Shown here piece after piece: positions 8,833 through 17,806 of a stretch of DNA of 64,000 bases. Made by a program: the position numbers and the translations under genes. The stretch lies in the NCBI GenBank assembly GCA_009773315.1, contig WRPE01000005.1:23842-87841 (forward strand), read 5' to 3'. Position 1 is the first letter of the stretch, and the number at the start of each line of letters is the position of its first letter. Under the pieces are notes generated by a model. That model saw nothing but the letters and a program-made list of their open reading frames with translations, was not told the origin of the DNA and did no database searches. This DNA is from Syntrophaceae bacterium (GTDB lineage: Bacteria > Desulfobacterota > Syntrophia > Syntrophales > Smithellaceae).

Positions 8833-10515
8833 TTACCTGAAGTTGAGAGCTAATTCGATAGTCTCATCAACATAGATGGGAGGGAAATGTTCTCCGCGGT
8901 ATTTCAGCAGGACATCCGCCATGCAGCCCAGGAACGCGGCTGCCACAGCAGGATCAAATTGATTTCCGGCGCCACTTTCTAGAATGCGGAGAACCTTGGG
9001 CAAAGGCATGGGGTCGTAACTCATCGTTTCCGTCTCCGTATATTTCGGGTAATCACGGGCCGATGTCAGGGCATCAAAAACATCCGCTACTGCAAGAATT
9101 CGGGCGCACAGGGGAATATCCTCCCCCTGGAGTTTATCGGGATAGCCACTACCGTCGAAACGTTCGTGGTGGTGAGACGCAATAAATGGTACTTGTGACA
9201 ATGCTTTGGAGAAATGGAAGTTATCGAGGATTTCTTTTGTTCTTCCAGCGTGCATCTCCATTTCCATCCGTTCCGCCGTCGTAAACTGGCCGCTTTTGAG
9301 GAGCACGGCGTCTTTAGTGCCGATCTTGCCGATATCATGAAGAAGGCCTGCATATTTGATCAATTCCCTCTCTTCTGGTCCGATGCCCATACTGCGGGCA
9401 ATCATCAGAGAATATTCCATTACCCGTTCCGAATGTCCGGCGGTCAGATGGTGTCTGGCGTCAACAGTCGCGGAAAGTGTGCGCATTGAACTTTCGAAAG
9501 AAAGCTTGAGCTCATCGATCAACTGAGCGTTTTCGATGGCAATCGCCATCTGGGAGGCCAACGACTTCAACAGGTTCTCATCCTCATCGTTAAATACCCC
9601 ACCGCCCTGTTTATTTATTACCTGAATGACGGCGATTCTCCCCCCTGAACGATTGTTAATCGGCATGCACAAAACGGTCTTTGTGCGGAAATTCTGTTGT
9701 AGATCAAACTCACGTTTGAAATAGGGCAGTTCCCAGGCATCTGCGGTGTTGACAATTTCTCCCGTTTTGGCCACAAACCCGCTGATTCCTTCCCCGATAG
9801 GCAGTGAGAAATACTCAATTTCTTCCGCAACGGTGGTCCAGATTTCATTTCGATCCCAGTCGATTAAATACAGGCTTGTTCGTTCGGCATTCATGATTTT
9901 GGTGACGCGGCTGATAATCAGGGGAAAGAGGTTTGCAAACTCCACTTCTGCCGTCAGGTCAAGGGCAATCTCCAGAAGATTAGATATTTTTTTATTTGAC
10001 GAGATTTGCTTCGCTAGAAGTTGACTGTTATCAAAGGCCAGGCGCCGTTCTTTCAGGATACGATACAGCTTGCTATTGAGCTCTGTCGCTGTAAAAGGTT
10101 CTTTGATAAAATCATTGGCGCCGGCGGTAACAATTGATTCGTATGTAAAGTCATCATCATAACCTGTAACGACTACGAAAGGAATATCAGATTGAATCTT
10201 GCGAACATCGGAAATTAAATGGAGACCCTCCATTGTTTCGATATCGGCAATCACTATATCGAAGTGCCGCTTTTCGATAATATCCATGGCCGCATCCTTG
10301 CAATTCACCGCCATGCATTGAAATCCGCAGGAGATCACAAGCTCCGTCATCATCAAACTGGCTTGGGGATCATTATCCACAACAAGAACTGCTTCGTGAT
10401 TCGTCATGCTGTCCATTGCTATCACCAATTGTTGTTTGAATAGAATATTAAAAAGATTATAATGGATTGTATGGACCGTGTCAATGCCGGAGACAATAGG
10501 CATATGCCTGCGCAT
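8833..10515 (-). CDS. REC-GAF-HD-GYP cyclic di-GMP phosphodiesterase
   Basis: REC-like N-terminus, GAF (GEGISGFVAKTG, NKQGGGVF), GHSERV, LHDIGKIG, HHERFDGSGYP. True start may be about 10416. Confidence 0.9.
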   Translation of the reverse strand: MRRHMPIVSGIDTVHTIHYNLFNILFKQQLVIAMDSMTNHEAVLVVDNDPQASLMMTELVISCGFQCMAVNCKDAAMDIIEKRHFDIVIADIETMEGLHLISDVRKIQSDIPFVVVTGYDDDFTYESIVTAGANDFIKEPFTATELNSKLYRILKERRLAFDNSQLLAKQISSNKKISNLLEIALDLTAEVEFANLFPLIISRVTKIMNAERTSLYLIDWDRNEIWTTVAEEIEYFSLPIGEGISGFVAKTGEIVNTADAWELPYFKREFDLQQNFRTKTVLCMPINNRSGGRIAVIQVINKQGGGVFNDEDENLLKSLASQMAIAIENAQLIDELKLSFESSMRTLSATVDARHHLTAGHSERVMEYSLMIARSMGIGPEERELIKYAGLLHDIGKIGTKDAVLLKSGQFTTAERMEMEMHAGRTKEILDNFHFSKALSQVPFIASHHHERFDGSGYPDKLQGEDIPLCARILAVADVFDALTSARDYPKYTETETMSYDPMPLPKVLRILESGAGNQFDPAVAAAFLGCMADVLLKYRGEHFPPIYVDETIELALNFR

Positions 10516-10562
10516 CTATTTCATCAAGGCGTGCGGCAAAAATGGTTTTTCCCTGACCGGTA

Positions 10563-11216
10563 CTAATATTTAATCATGTCAATCTTTGTCAGCACCGACT
10601 GATTCGAGACACGCGGGGCATTCACCATATTCCATGCAACATACTGCTCAGCGTAGGTACTTTCAGCAGACATCCCATCCACGGGCACGATGACCTGCAT
10701 CCCCCGGAATGCCGCCCCGCTGGCCGTATACAGAACTGCCCCGTGCGCTGCCGTCCCTGTTACAATGACAGTTTTTATACCCTTTTCCTTAAGGATTTTC
10801 TCCAGATCCGTCCCAAGGAATTTATCGGGCCCCGATGTCACCACAGGCTCCTTCCCGAGAGGCGCCAACTCCTTGGCAATATCGGCAACAGTTGCCCCGG
10901 GGGAAAGGCTGTACACCACGAAGATCCCTTTCGAGCGCGCCTCCGTAAGAAGCTTTTGAACCTTCGGAATAGAAGCAATACAGCGGGGGCGTCTTTCTGT
11001 ATTACAGGTCTGCTTGTTAAAATCGAGCAGCAGGAGCGCTGTCACCTTCGGATCTACCGTCACAGATTTTAATTCCGGCGCAGAAGGAACCTTCACTGTG
11101 CTCCATTCTTCAATGATATTCTGTGCTGATACGGGGTAGCAAAGTAGAACCATTGCACAAAGGCAACAAATTAAAAGCGCAGCTTGCCGACATGCCGTTT
11201 TTTGTATCGTCTTCAT
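10563..11216 (-). CDS. isochorismatase/cysteine hydrolase family protein with signal peptide
   Basis: TALLLLDF, GIKTVIVTG, VIVPVDG fold motifs; N-terminal signal-like segment. Start set after GGAAAGGAG. Confidence 0.8.
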   Translation of the reverse strand: MKTIQKTACRQAALLICCLCAMVLLCYPVSAQNIIEEWSTVKVPSAPELKSVTVDPKVTALLLLDFNKQTCNTERRPRCIASIPKVQKLLTEARSKGIFVVYSLSPGATVADIAKELAPLGKEPVVTSGPDKFLGTDLEKILKEKGIKTVIVTGTAAHGAVLYTASGAAFRGMQVIVPVDGMSAESTYAEQYVAWNMVNAPRVSNQSVLTKIDMIKY

Positions 11217-11394
11217 TTTACTCTCCTTTCCAATTAGCATTACTACAAAAATCATATCTGATGCCGTCAACAACCATCGTGCAAGATAAATGAAGCTGAA
11301 AACTTTGGAAGAACCGGTGTGATAAAAACACACCTCTCTATTAACTGTCAATCTTTTATACTGAGTTCGGCTTTACACGAGCCATCGCATCATC

Positions 11395-11497
11395 AATCAA
11401 CCACCTCGCGAGCTCGCTTTCGAGTATGAAATGAACGTCATTATATCGTGAGCAAGCTCACGGAGAATTAACGCTCGTCCCGCAAAAGCGGGATTAA
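11395..11497 (+). repeat. ~103-bp palindromic dispersed repeat, copy 1 (inverted copy at 46105-46206)
   Basis: aatcaaccacctcgcgagctcgct..gagtatgaaatgaacgtcattatatcg..agcaag..cggagaatt.acgctcgtcccgcaa.agcgg.attaa matches the reverse complement of 46105-46206. Confidence 0.9.
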
Positions 11498-11737
11498 AAG
11501 GCTTGAAATATCTGGCGATATTTTATTCAACGATTACATCTTGACACGCCTGCCCCGTTACCTTATAAAACCCATCGTCCGGTAAACGGAAACAAAGCTC
11601 GTTTTCCTGCGATTCTTTCTGGCGTTGCGCATTCAGGATGATACCACGCGGCAAGGAGAAAGGCGGCAATATTTCGCCCATGCAGGCTTATGACACGGGA
11701 TATCAAATCAGGACTGCCGGGCGAAAGGAGTAATCTG

Positions 11738-13825
11738 ATGTTGGAAAAATTCTTCAACCCCCGCAGTATTGTCGTCTTCGGCGCTTCCGCCACCAAAATG
11801 AATCTGGGACAAATCGTTCTACTTAACAACAAACAAGTCGGTTATGAGGGAAATCTCTACGGCGTCGGCTCTCAGGAAGGAGACGTGAGCGGCGTTCATA
11901 TCTATACAAGCGTTGCCGATCTGCCCGAAACGCCGGATGTGGCCATTTTTCTGACACCCGCCAAAACCGTGCCCGGTCTGATGGAGGAATGCGGTAAAAA
12001 AGGCATCACCCATATTGTGATCGAATCGGGTGGTTTCAGCGAATATTCGCACGGCGACCACACACTGGAAGAAGACGTGCTGGTCGTTGCTGATCAATAC
12101 GGCATGAAAGTCATCGGCCCGAATTGCGTGGGCACCGTCAATTTTGATTTAAAAATGATGATGCCGTTTGCCTTCTTCAAGGATATTCCCATCGGCGGCA
12201 GGCTGGGACTCATTTCTCAAAGTGGCGGCGTGGGTGGTTCCTATCTGCGCGCGATGTCAGGCTACGGAATCAAACCCGGAAAATTCGTGGCCATAGGCAA
12301 TAAACTCCAGCTCGATGAAGTGGACTTTCTGGATTACTTCATGCAGGACGGCAAAACCGATATCATTGCTCTGTATCTGGAAGGTTTTAAAAAAGGCAGG
12401 GTATTTTTCGACCTGGCCCGCAAATCGCAAAAGCCGATTGTCATCCAAAAGTCGAACCGCTCGCCGATCAGTGCGAAAATCGCGCAGTCCCATACGACGG
12501 CGCTGTCCAGCGACGATACCGTTGTCGATGGCGCGCTCAAGCAGGCCGCGGCCATTCGTGTGGATGACGAACTGGAGTTCATCAACGCCATCAAGATCGT
12601 TCGCCTGCCGCTCATGAAAGGGCGGCGTATTGCAGTCCTTTCGCGCTCGGGAGGCCATGCGGTGTTGTCCGCCGACGCCTGCGCGAAATTCGGCTTTGAG
12701 ATGGTTCCCTTTCCCCCGTCTTATATCGAACAGCTCAAAACGATTTACCACACGCGTGTCATCGCACATCAGAACCCCCTGGATCTGGGTGAAATCTTCG
12801 ATTACACAATATTTACCAAGATTCTGGAAGAAGCGCTGAAACTGGACACCTACGACGGCGTACTCTTCAATCATCTGTATTCATCGGATTTTGAGGGAGC
12901 GATGTCGCGAACATTTCTGGCGGGCGTGGAAAAGCTGGTTGCCAAATATGCCAAACCGGTTTCTCTCACCATGATCTCTGACCGGGAAGAAATTCTAAAA
13001 GTGCAGCAGAGTCAACCCTTTCCCATTTTCACTTCCCCGCTGGAGGCTGCCGCCGCGTTGAATGTCTCTCTGACCTATTATGAACAAAAAGCGGCGCGGG
13101 ACAACCGGGGCAAAACGCCAAACCATAAAATGGATCTGCGCACCGTGGCAGCCATCCGGGAGCGTTGCGCACGTGAAGAAAGAATCCCTTTAACGGATGA
13201 GGCTCTCACCATCTGCGCCGCAGCCGGTTTGACACCAATCCCCCATCTGGTCATCCGCAATGAACAAGAGTTAAAAAAAATGCCCCTGCATTACCCCTTG
13301 GCCGTGAAACTGATTTCGCGCGACGCGTCGCATAAATCCGACGTGGGCGGCGTGCTCTTGAATATCGGTTCGAAAAAGGAATTGTTATCCGCTATCTCCG
13401 GCATTCAAAAGGCGGTGCGTCAGGCAAAATCGCGTCCCGCCATCGACGGTTTCCTGCTTCAGGAAATGTCGCCCGAAGGCGTCGAATGCTTTGTCGGCGG
13501 ACGGCAAGACCCGGCCTTTGGCCCGGTTATCATGGTCGGACTGGGGGGCGTATTTATTGAAATATTCAAAGACACGGCGCTGAGGCTCGCGCCTGTTACA
13601 AAAAATGAAGCTGAAGGCATGCTCAAAGAGTTGAGGGCGTATCCGCTGCTCACCGGCGCCAGAGGCAGAAAACCGGCGGACGTTAAATCCCTTGTGGATG
13701 TCGTTTGCCGGGTGTCCGCTCTGCTTGCCGCCTGCCCGGCAATCAGCGAGATTGACCTTAATCCGGTTATTGTTCATCCCAAAGGACAAGGTGTGTCGCT
13801 GGTCGATGCGCGCGTCTTTTTCTGA
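11738..13825 (+). CDS. ADP-forming acetate/acyl-CoA ligase, fused alpha/beta (AcdAB type)
   Basis: FFNPRSIVVFGAS, GPNCVG, SQSGG, phospho-His SHT, NPLDL, HKSDVGGV, DPAFGPV, EIDLNPV, VDARV. Confidence 0.9.
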   Translation: MLEKFFNPRSIVVFGASATKMNLGQIVLLNNKQVGYEGNLYGVGSQEGDVSGVHIYTSVADLPETPDVAIFLTPAKTVPGLMEECGKKGITHIVIESGGFSEYSHGDHTLEEDVLVVADQYGMKVIGPNCVGTVNFDLKMMMPFAFFKDIPIGGRLGLISQSGGVGGSYLRAMSGYGIKPGKFVAIGNKLQLDEVDFLDYFMQDGKTDIIALYLEGFKKGRVFFDLARKSQKPIVIQKSNRSPISAKIAQSHTTALSSDDTVVDGALKQAAAIRVDDELEFINAIKIVRLPLMKGRRIAVLSRSGGHAVLSADACAKFGFEMVPFPPSYIEQLKTIYHTRVIAHQNPLDLGEIFDYTIFTKILEEALKLDTYDGVLFNHLYSSDFEGAMSRTFLAGVEKLVAKYAKPVSLTMISDREEILKVQQSQPFPIFTSPLEAAAALNVSLTYYEQKAARDNRGKTPNHKMDLRTVAAIRERCAREERIPLTDEALTICAAAGLTPIPHLVIRNEQELKKMPLHYPLAVKLISRDASHKSDVGGVLLNIGSKKELLSAISGIQKAVRQAKSRPAIDGFLLQEMSPEGVECFVGGRQDPAFGPVIMVGLGGVFIEIFKDTALRLAPVTKNEAEGMLKELRAYPLLTGARGRKPADVKSLVDVVCRVSALLAACPAISEIDLNPVIVHPKGQGVSLVDARVFF

Positions 13826-13832
13826 AAAGAAT

Positions 13833-13898
13833 CACGGGCGTGAATCCCCCTTTGCGGGATAAGTGAAATTAATCAATTCCCGCTTGTAGCTTTCAGGT
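13833..13898 (+). repeat. ~65-bp imperfect dispersed repeat, copy 2, at the left edge of the BREX island
   Basis: Matches 4881-4948 (core ctttgcgggataagtgaaa..aatcaattcc). Confidence 0.75.
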
Positions 13899-14266
13899 GT
13901 CCCGACCTATACTTGACTTAACAGACAGTGCCCAATTAAGTTTTGCCTTGACACTCATAACACCTACGAGTCCTTAACCGCGGTAGCTGTCGCTATTTGA
14001 TGGTTATTTATTGAAGTCGGTATTTTGGGGAAATGAGTTCGTGTAGTAGAGTACTTTTGGTAATGCTCAATTACAGTCCGCAAAAGCTGATATCATTATG
14101 ATCATTTTTCTTGACGATTCGCAAGAAGTGTCTATGAAAGCCCGTCACCCAGCCCTTAATAAACCTGATGCTATGGAATATCCTCGTTCCAAGCGGTCAA
14201 TGATGATTTATTTCCCTGGGTTTACGGTTCTATGTACGTTCTGGCTCTATTCCCAAACTAAGAATG

Positions 14267-14968
14267 TCATGCCAATTCAAGAAGTCCTTTCCGAAAATCA
14301 TACAGCACTCCGTCTGCTTGAAGACAACCCGTCATAAGCCATTGCACCCATTCGTCTAGAATTTTCAAGGCGTCACTTCCCAAGCAGAACGGTGTGCATT
14401 CATATGCTTTTTGATCCGTACCAATGGGTTGAATGTGGTCCAAACGCAAAATGGAGGAATTAGTTTTCTCCGGTAATTTATCCCACATGTACTGGGGATA
14501 TTCGCACTCTTGGACTCGTTTTACAAAATCCGGATTCCAGCCGCCCGTTTTTCCGGAGAACTCTGCGCCATAATAGGGCGCAACTAAAATGTATGGAAGA
14601 AACTGCCATGCCGCACCACCAGCCCGCTGGCGCTTCGGGACTTCAGGAGGTTCAGAACCAACAACCAGAACGGGATGTTTTTTCATGCGATACACAGCAC
14701 GAACTTCGCCGGCATAAGAGGGTAATGCGGCAATAGGAAGTTTGGGGTATTCATGCAGCTTCTTTATCTGTAGGGGCTCAATTTTGTAGTTGGCCTTGGA
14801 ATGATCCATCGGAGAGGATCGCCCCTCAGGCACCAGGATCATGGGTTGTTGATCCATATGAGGAATGAAGGCCCATAAGAGTCTTCCCCTGCGCAGATCG
14901 CAGGTATTGTCATTAATCCACCAATCGTCAATGAAATATTGAATCGAATGTTCAGAATATTCCTTCAT
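14267..14968 (-). CDS. putative PemK/MazF-like toxin with insertions
   Basis: RRGRLLWAFIP ... KKHPVLVVG ... ILVAPY ... SILRLDHIQPI follows the MazF motif order. Overlaps the 3' end of the Panacea gene. Confidence 0.55.
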   Translation of the reverse strand: MKEYSEHSIQYFIDDWWINDNTCDLRRGRLLWAFIPHMDQQPMILVPEGRSSPMDHSKANYKIEPLQIKKLHEYPKLPIAALPSYAGEVRAVYRMKKHPVLVVGSEPPEVPKRQRAGGAAWQFLPYILVAPYYGAEFSGKTGGWNPDFVKRVQECEYPQYMWDKLPEKTNSSILRLDHIQPIGTDQKAYECTPFCLGSDALKILDEWVQWLMTGCLQADGVLYDFRKGLLELA

Positions 14969-15755
14969 CGGATCTCGCCCGGGATTTCCATATTTCATCC
15001 GAAAAAATGATTTCGCCGGTACTCGGCAGGATAGGTGCGCCCGCCAGTTCATCAAGCCAGGCAACTCCATCAAAAAAGATGTCATCGTATCTCGGAGCGG
15101 GTTCCGGTCTTACCATTTTTTGATTCCGCTCCTTTTCCGCCAAACGGCTTTTAATTCTTTCTTTTAATATCGCCAATTGTTCTTTCCTTTGCTTCATTTC
15201 CTTTTTCGAAAGTGCAGCTGTCTGCGGTGCCTCTACACTCTTCTCTTTTTTTGAATCCATCGTACCTTGGTCTTGCGGGCGCGTGAAGGAAAGTCGCTCA
15301 AGGGGTGCTGCGTGCAGCATCGGCCAGGTGGTATAGACATGGTGCAAGAGGCCCGTTGTATCATCGCCAAATTCATGGACTGCATCCCTTATGGCGTGAC
15401 GCACCTCAAAGGGCAACAAAGATTGTAATGATTCATACAATTCGTCATCCTGTAATCTCCACCGCACAAAGTCCGACTTGTATTTATAGGACGTTATTGT
15501 TCGTTCCGTTGCGTTGACATCCTGAACAACTGTTTTTATTCGTGAATAAACATCTGGTGACCAAGGACCATAGTGATAGAATTGCCATTCTGCGCCGGTT
15601 AAAGTCTCACCCTCATGAGCTTCCGCGAAAGCTAAGTCCGCCAGATAGACGTATTTCACTATATGGATGGGACCAAGCTCCTGGTTCCCAAAATCATCTT
15701 GGCCAGCTGCGGCAAGGATATACTTCACTATGAGATCAATTTTTGCTGTATCCAT
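14952..15755 (-). CDS. Panacea (DUF4065/SocA-like) domain antitoxin
   Basis: IVKYVYLADLAF...LTGAEWQFYHYGPWSPDVY...LLHHVYTTWP pattern typical of DUF4065. Confidence 0.75.
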   Translation of the reverse strand: MDTAKIDLIVKYILAAAGQDDFGNQELGPIHIVKYVYLADLAFAEAHEGETLTGAEWQFYHYGPWSPDVYSRIKTVVQDVNATERTITSYKYKSDFVRWRLQDDELYESLQSLLPFEVRHAIRDAVHEFGDDTTGLLHHVYTTWPMLHAAPLERLSFTRPQDQGTMDSKKEKSVEAPQTAALSKKEMKQRKEQLAILKERIKSRLAEKERNQKMVRPEPAPRYDDIFFDGVAWLDELAGAPILPSTGEIIFSDEIWKSRARSDEGIF

Positions 15756-15810
15756 TACGCCACTCAGTATATAGGTTTTGCTCTCGTGTCAATATTTCCT
15801 TCTTAATCGG

Positions 15811-17790
15811 TCAACCATTTTTCACATAGGTTATCATCGTCGCCTTGCAGCGGCGCTTGGTCTGATCGACGAAGCCAAGCGTGAATTTTCCTTCCGGTTT
15901 TTGGAAGATATCCAATCCGCGGCCAAGGATGATTTTCCATCCCGTGTCGGCTTCAATCGAGCGGTCGTGTAAGCCTGTTTCAAAACGATAGGTAAGGCTG
16001 ATGCGATCTTGGGCAAGGCTTTCTTTGAGTTCCTCCAGCTTTGCCGAGGCATCTTCTTCCTGTCTTTTGGCATCTGATCCCGTCACGAGTTCAATCGCTA
16101 ATCCTGTCTCTGAAGAACTTAAGCCCTCACAGAAATTAAGAAAATTGTGAATTTGATAGTCATAACGGATAAAGGGGTCAACCAATCTGATAATTCTTGC
16201 CCCTTTCAAGTAGGGGTTGAACAGCCGGACGTATGAAACCCCGCGCTGTCCTTCGTTAATGTTTAATGTGGTCTCAATAGGTTTTCTGTCTGTTGACAAG
16301 CTGTCAGCCGGTTCAGCTACTTTTTCCGGCTCAGGTTTTTCTTCGGGATGAGACATCTGAAAATCATCCGGCTGTTCGCTCTTTATCGTGACCCATTGAT
16401 ATTCTTGATCCAACCTGGCCAATTCATCCCGAATTTGTTGCCGCATCCGAACAGCTGGATTGACGCAATACTCGACAAATTCTTCATCTGTAACCTGCAA
16501 ATCGGGGAACAATAGTTTAAGAAAGCCCTCGGCAATCCGAGCGACAGCCTTGTGATCGCGCATATCATCACAGGAGGGAAGACGCATGCTATGGGAGACA
16601 TAGTCGGCATATTGCAGATCGCTTCGCAACTCATGGAGGACTTCGCTGAAAAAGTCTCCTTTGAATCCCAGGCTTTTTGAAGGCGTATTCTTCGTGATGC
16701 GCGGCATAAACCACCCCTCAAGCAGACCATGCAAGCGATCCACAAAAGCCGATTCCTGAAGGGATGAAGGCAGTTCCTTGAAAATGCCATTTGTTTCATA
16801 GAGGGGCCGTCTATCGGGGCCAATGGTAATATTGCCCAGAATGGCGAAGCCGCATTCGGCTGTACCCATATCGCCGGTGGCCCTGCGATAACGGCCGCTT
16901 TCCAAATACATCTTAAGCGCCGCCATTGCCTCTCCGGCCGCATCCGTGTGGATCTTCTGAACCTCATCAATAACGACCACGTCATATCTGGGTATCAGTC
17001 CGAGCTGTTTGCTCTGACTGTTAAAGAACAAGGTAGGTGCGGACAGTTTACCTCCCGGGATAACAGCGGCATACCGACTAATATTGTCAAAAACAAAGGA
17101 TTTTCCTGTGCCTTTAGGGGCGAGCTCGGCAAGGTTGATCCGCGGCTGAACCAAGGGAATGATACGGCTAAGCAAAAGCATCTTCTGGGGGAGGGTGTGC
17201 GTATCTGGATTAAATTGACAGCTCGATATCAACAAATCGATCCACTCCGGGAGAGTGAAATGTTTTCGACAGTCCCGGAAATATTTCAGATCCACCCCGG
17301 GACTCTGAAACGGTTTAAAATCTACCATCCAGATCTGTCCCTTTTTGACTTCTTCCCCGTCGGGCGGGACATAGCGCAGGGTGCCAAGTCCCCACATGCC
17401 TGTCTTGAGTAGCATCTGATTTTCATCAATGATGCCCTTTTGAACCATAGCGCTATTTGTATCCAGCACAGGAATACTCAATTCATGGGTATTCCTGGCG
17501 AGGTTGACGTTGACCCGAAAGTCGTCAATAATCTTCACTTCTTCCTGTTCCTTCAAGCGATTGAGGAGGATGTTTTTATCTGCCTTCTGCGGCAGATAAG
17601 AGGATACAATCTTGATAATTTCCTCACGTCCGCCTTCTGTCAATACATCTTCTGCGAGGAATTGGCTGATGATCCATTCACCCACATACACAGGGATAGC
17701 TCGTGCCCCGAAACCGGCTTTTGACATCAGTCCCTTATTGATGACCACCTCTCCGTAGTAGTCTCTCGCTTTTGTTTCAAATGATTTCAT
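15811..17790 (-). CDS. brxL: BREX BrxL-family AAA+ ATPase with MIT_C/PLD-like C-terminal domain (no Lon protease domain)
   Basis: IPVYVGEW, NLAELAPKGTGKS, VVIDEVQ, LKMYLESG, SAFVDRLHG, MRDHKAV; C-terminus LVDPFIR...LHDRSI..DTGWKIILGRGLDIFQ. Confidence 0.85.
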   Translation of the reverse strand: MKSFETKARDYYGEVVINKGLMSKAGFGARAIPVYVGEWIISQFLAEDVLTEGGREEIIKIVSSYLPQKADKNILLNRLKEQEEVKIIDDFRVNVNLARNTHELSIPVLDTNSAMVQKGIIDENQMLLKTGMWGLGTLRYVPPDGEEVKKGQIWMVDFKPFQSPGVDLKYFRDCRKHFTLPEWIDLLISSCQFNPDTHTLPQKMLLLSRIIPLVQPRINLAELAPKGTGKSFVFDNISRYAAVIPGGKLSAPTLFFNSQSKQLGLIPRYDVVVIDEVQKIHTDAAGEAMAALKMYLESGRYRRATGDMGTAECGFAILGNITIGPDRRPLYETNGIFKELPSSLQESAFVDRLHGLLEGWFMPRITKNTPSKSLGFKGDFFSEVLHELRSDLQYADYVSHSMRLPSCDDMRDHKAVARIAEGFLKLLFPDLQVTDEEFVEYCVNPAVRMRQQIRDELARLDQEYQWVTIKSEQPDDFQMSHPEEKPEPEKVAEPADSLSTDRKPIETTLNINEGQRGVSYVRLFNPYLKGARIIRLVDPFIRYDYQIHNFLNFCEGLSSSETGLAIELVTGSDAKRQEEDASAKLEELKESLAQDRISLTYRFETGLHDRSIEADTGWKIILGRGLDIFQKPEGKFTLGFVDQTKRRCKATMITYVKNG

Positions 17791-17806
17791 TGCCTTGCCT
17801 TTCTTA

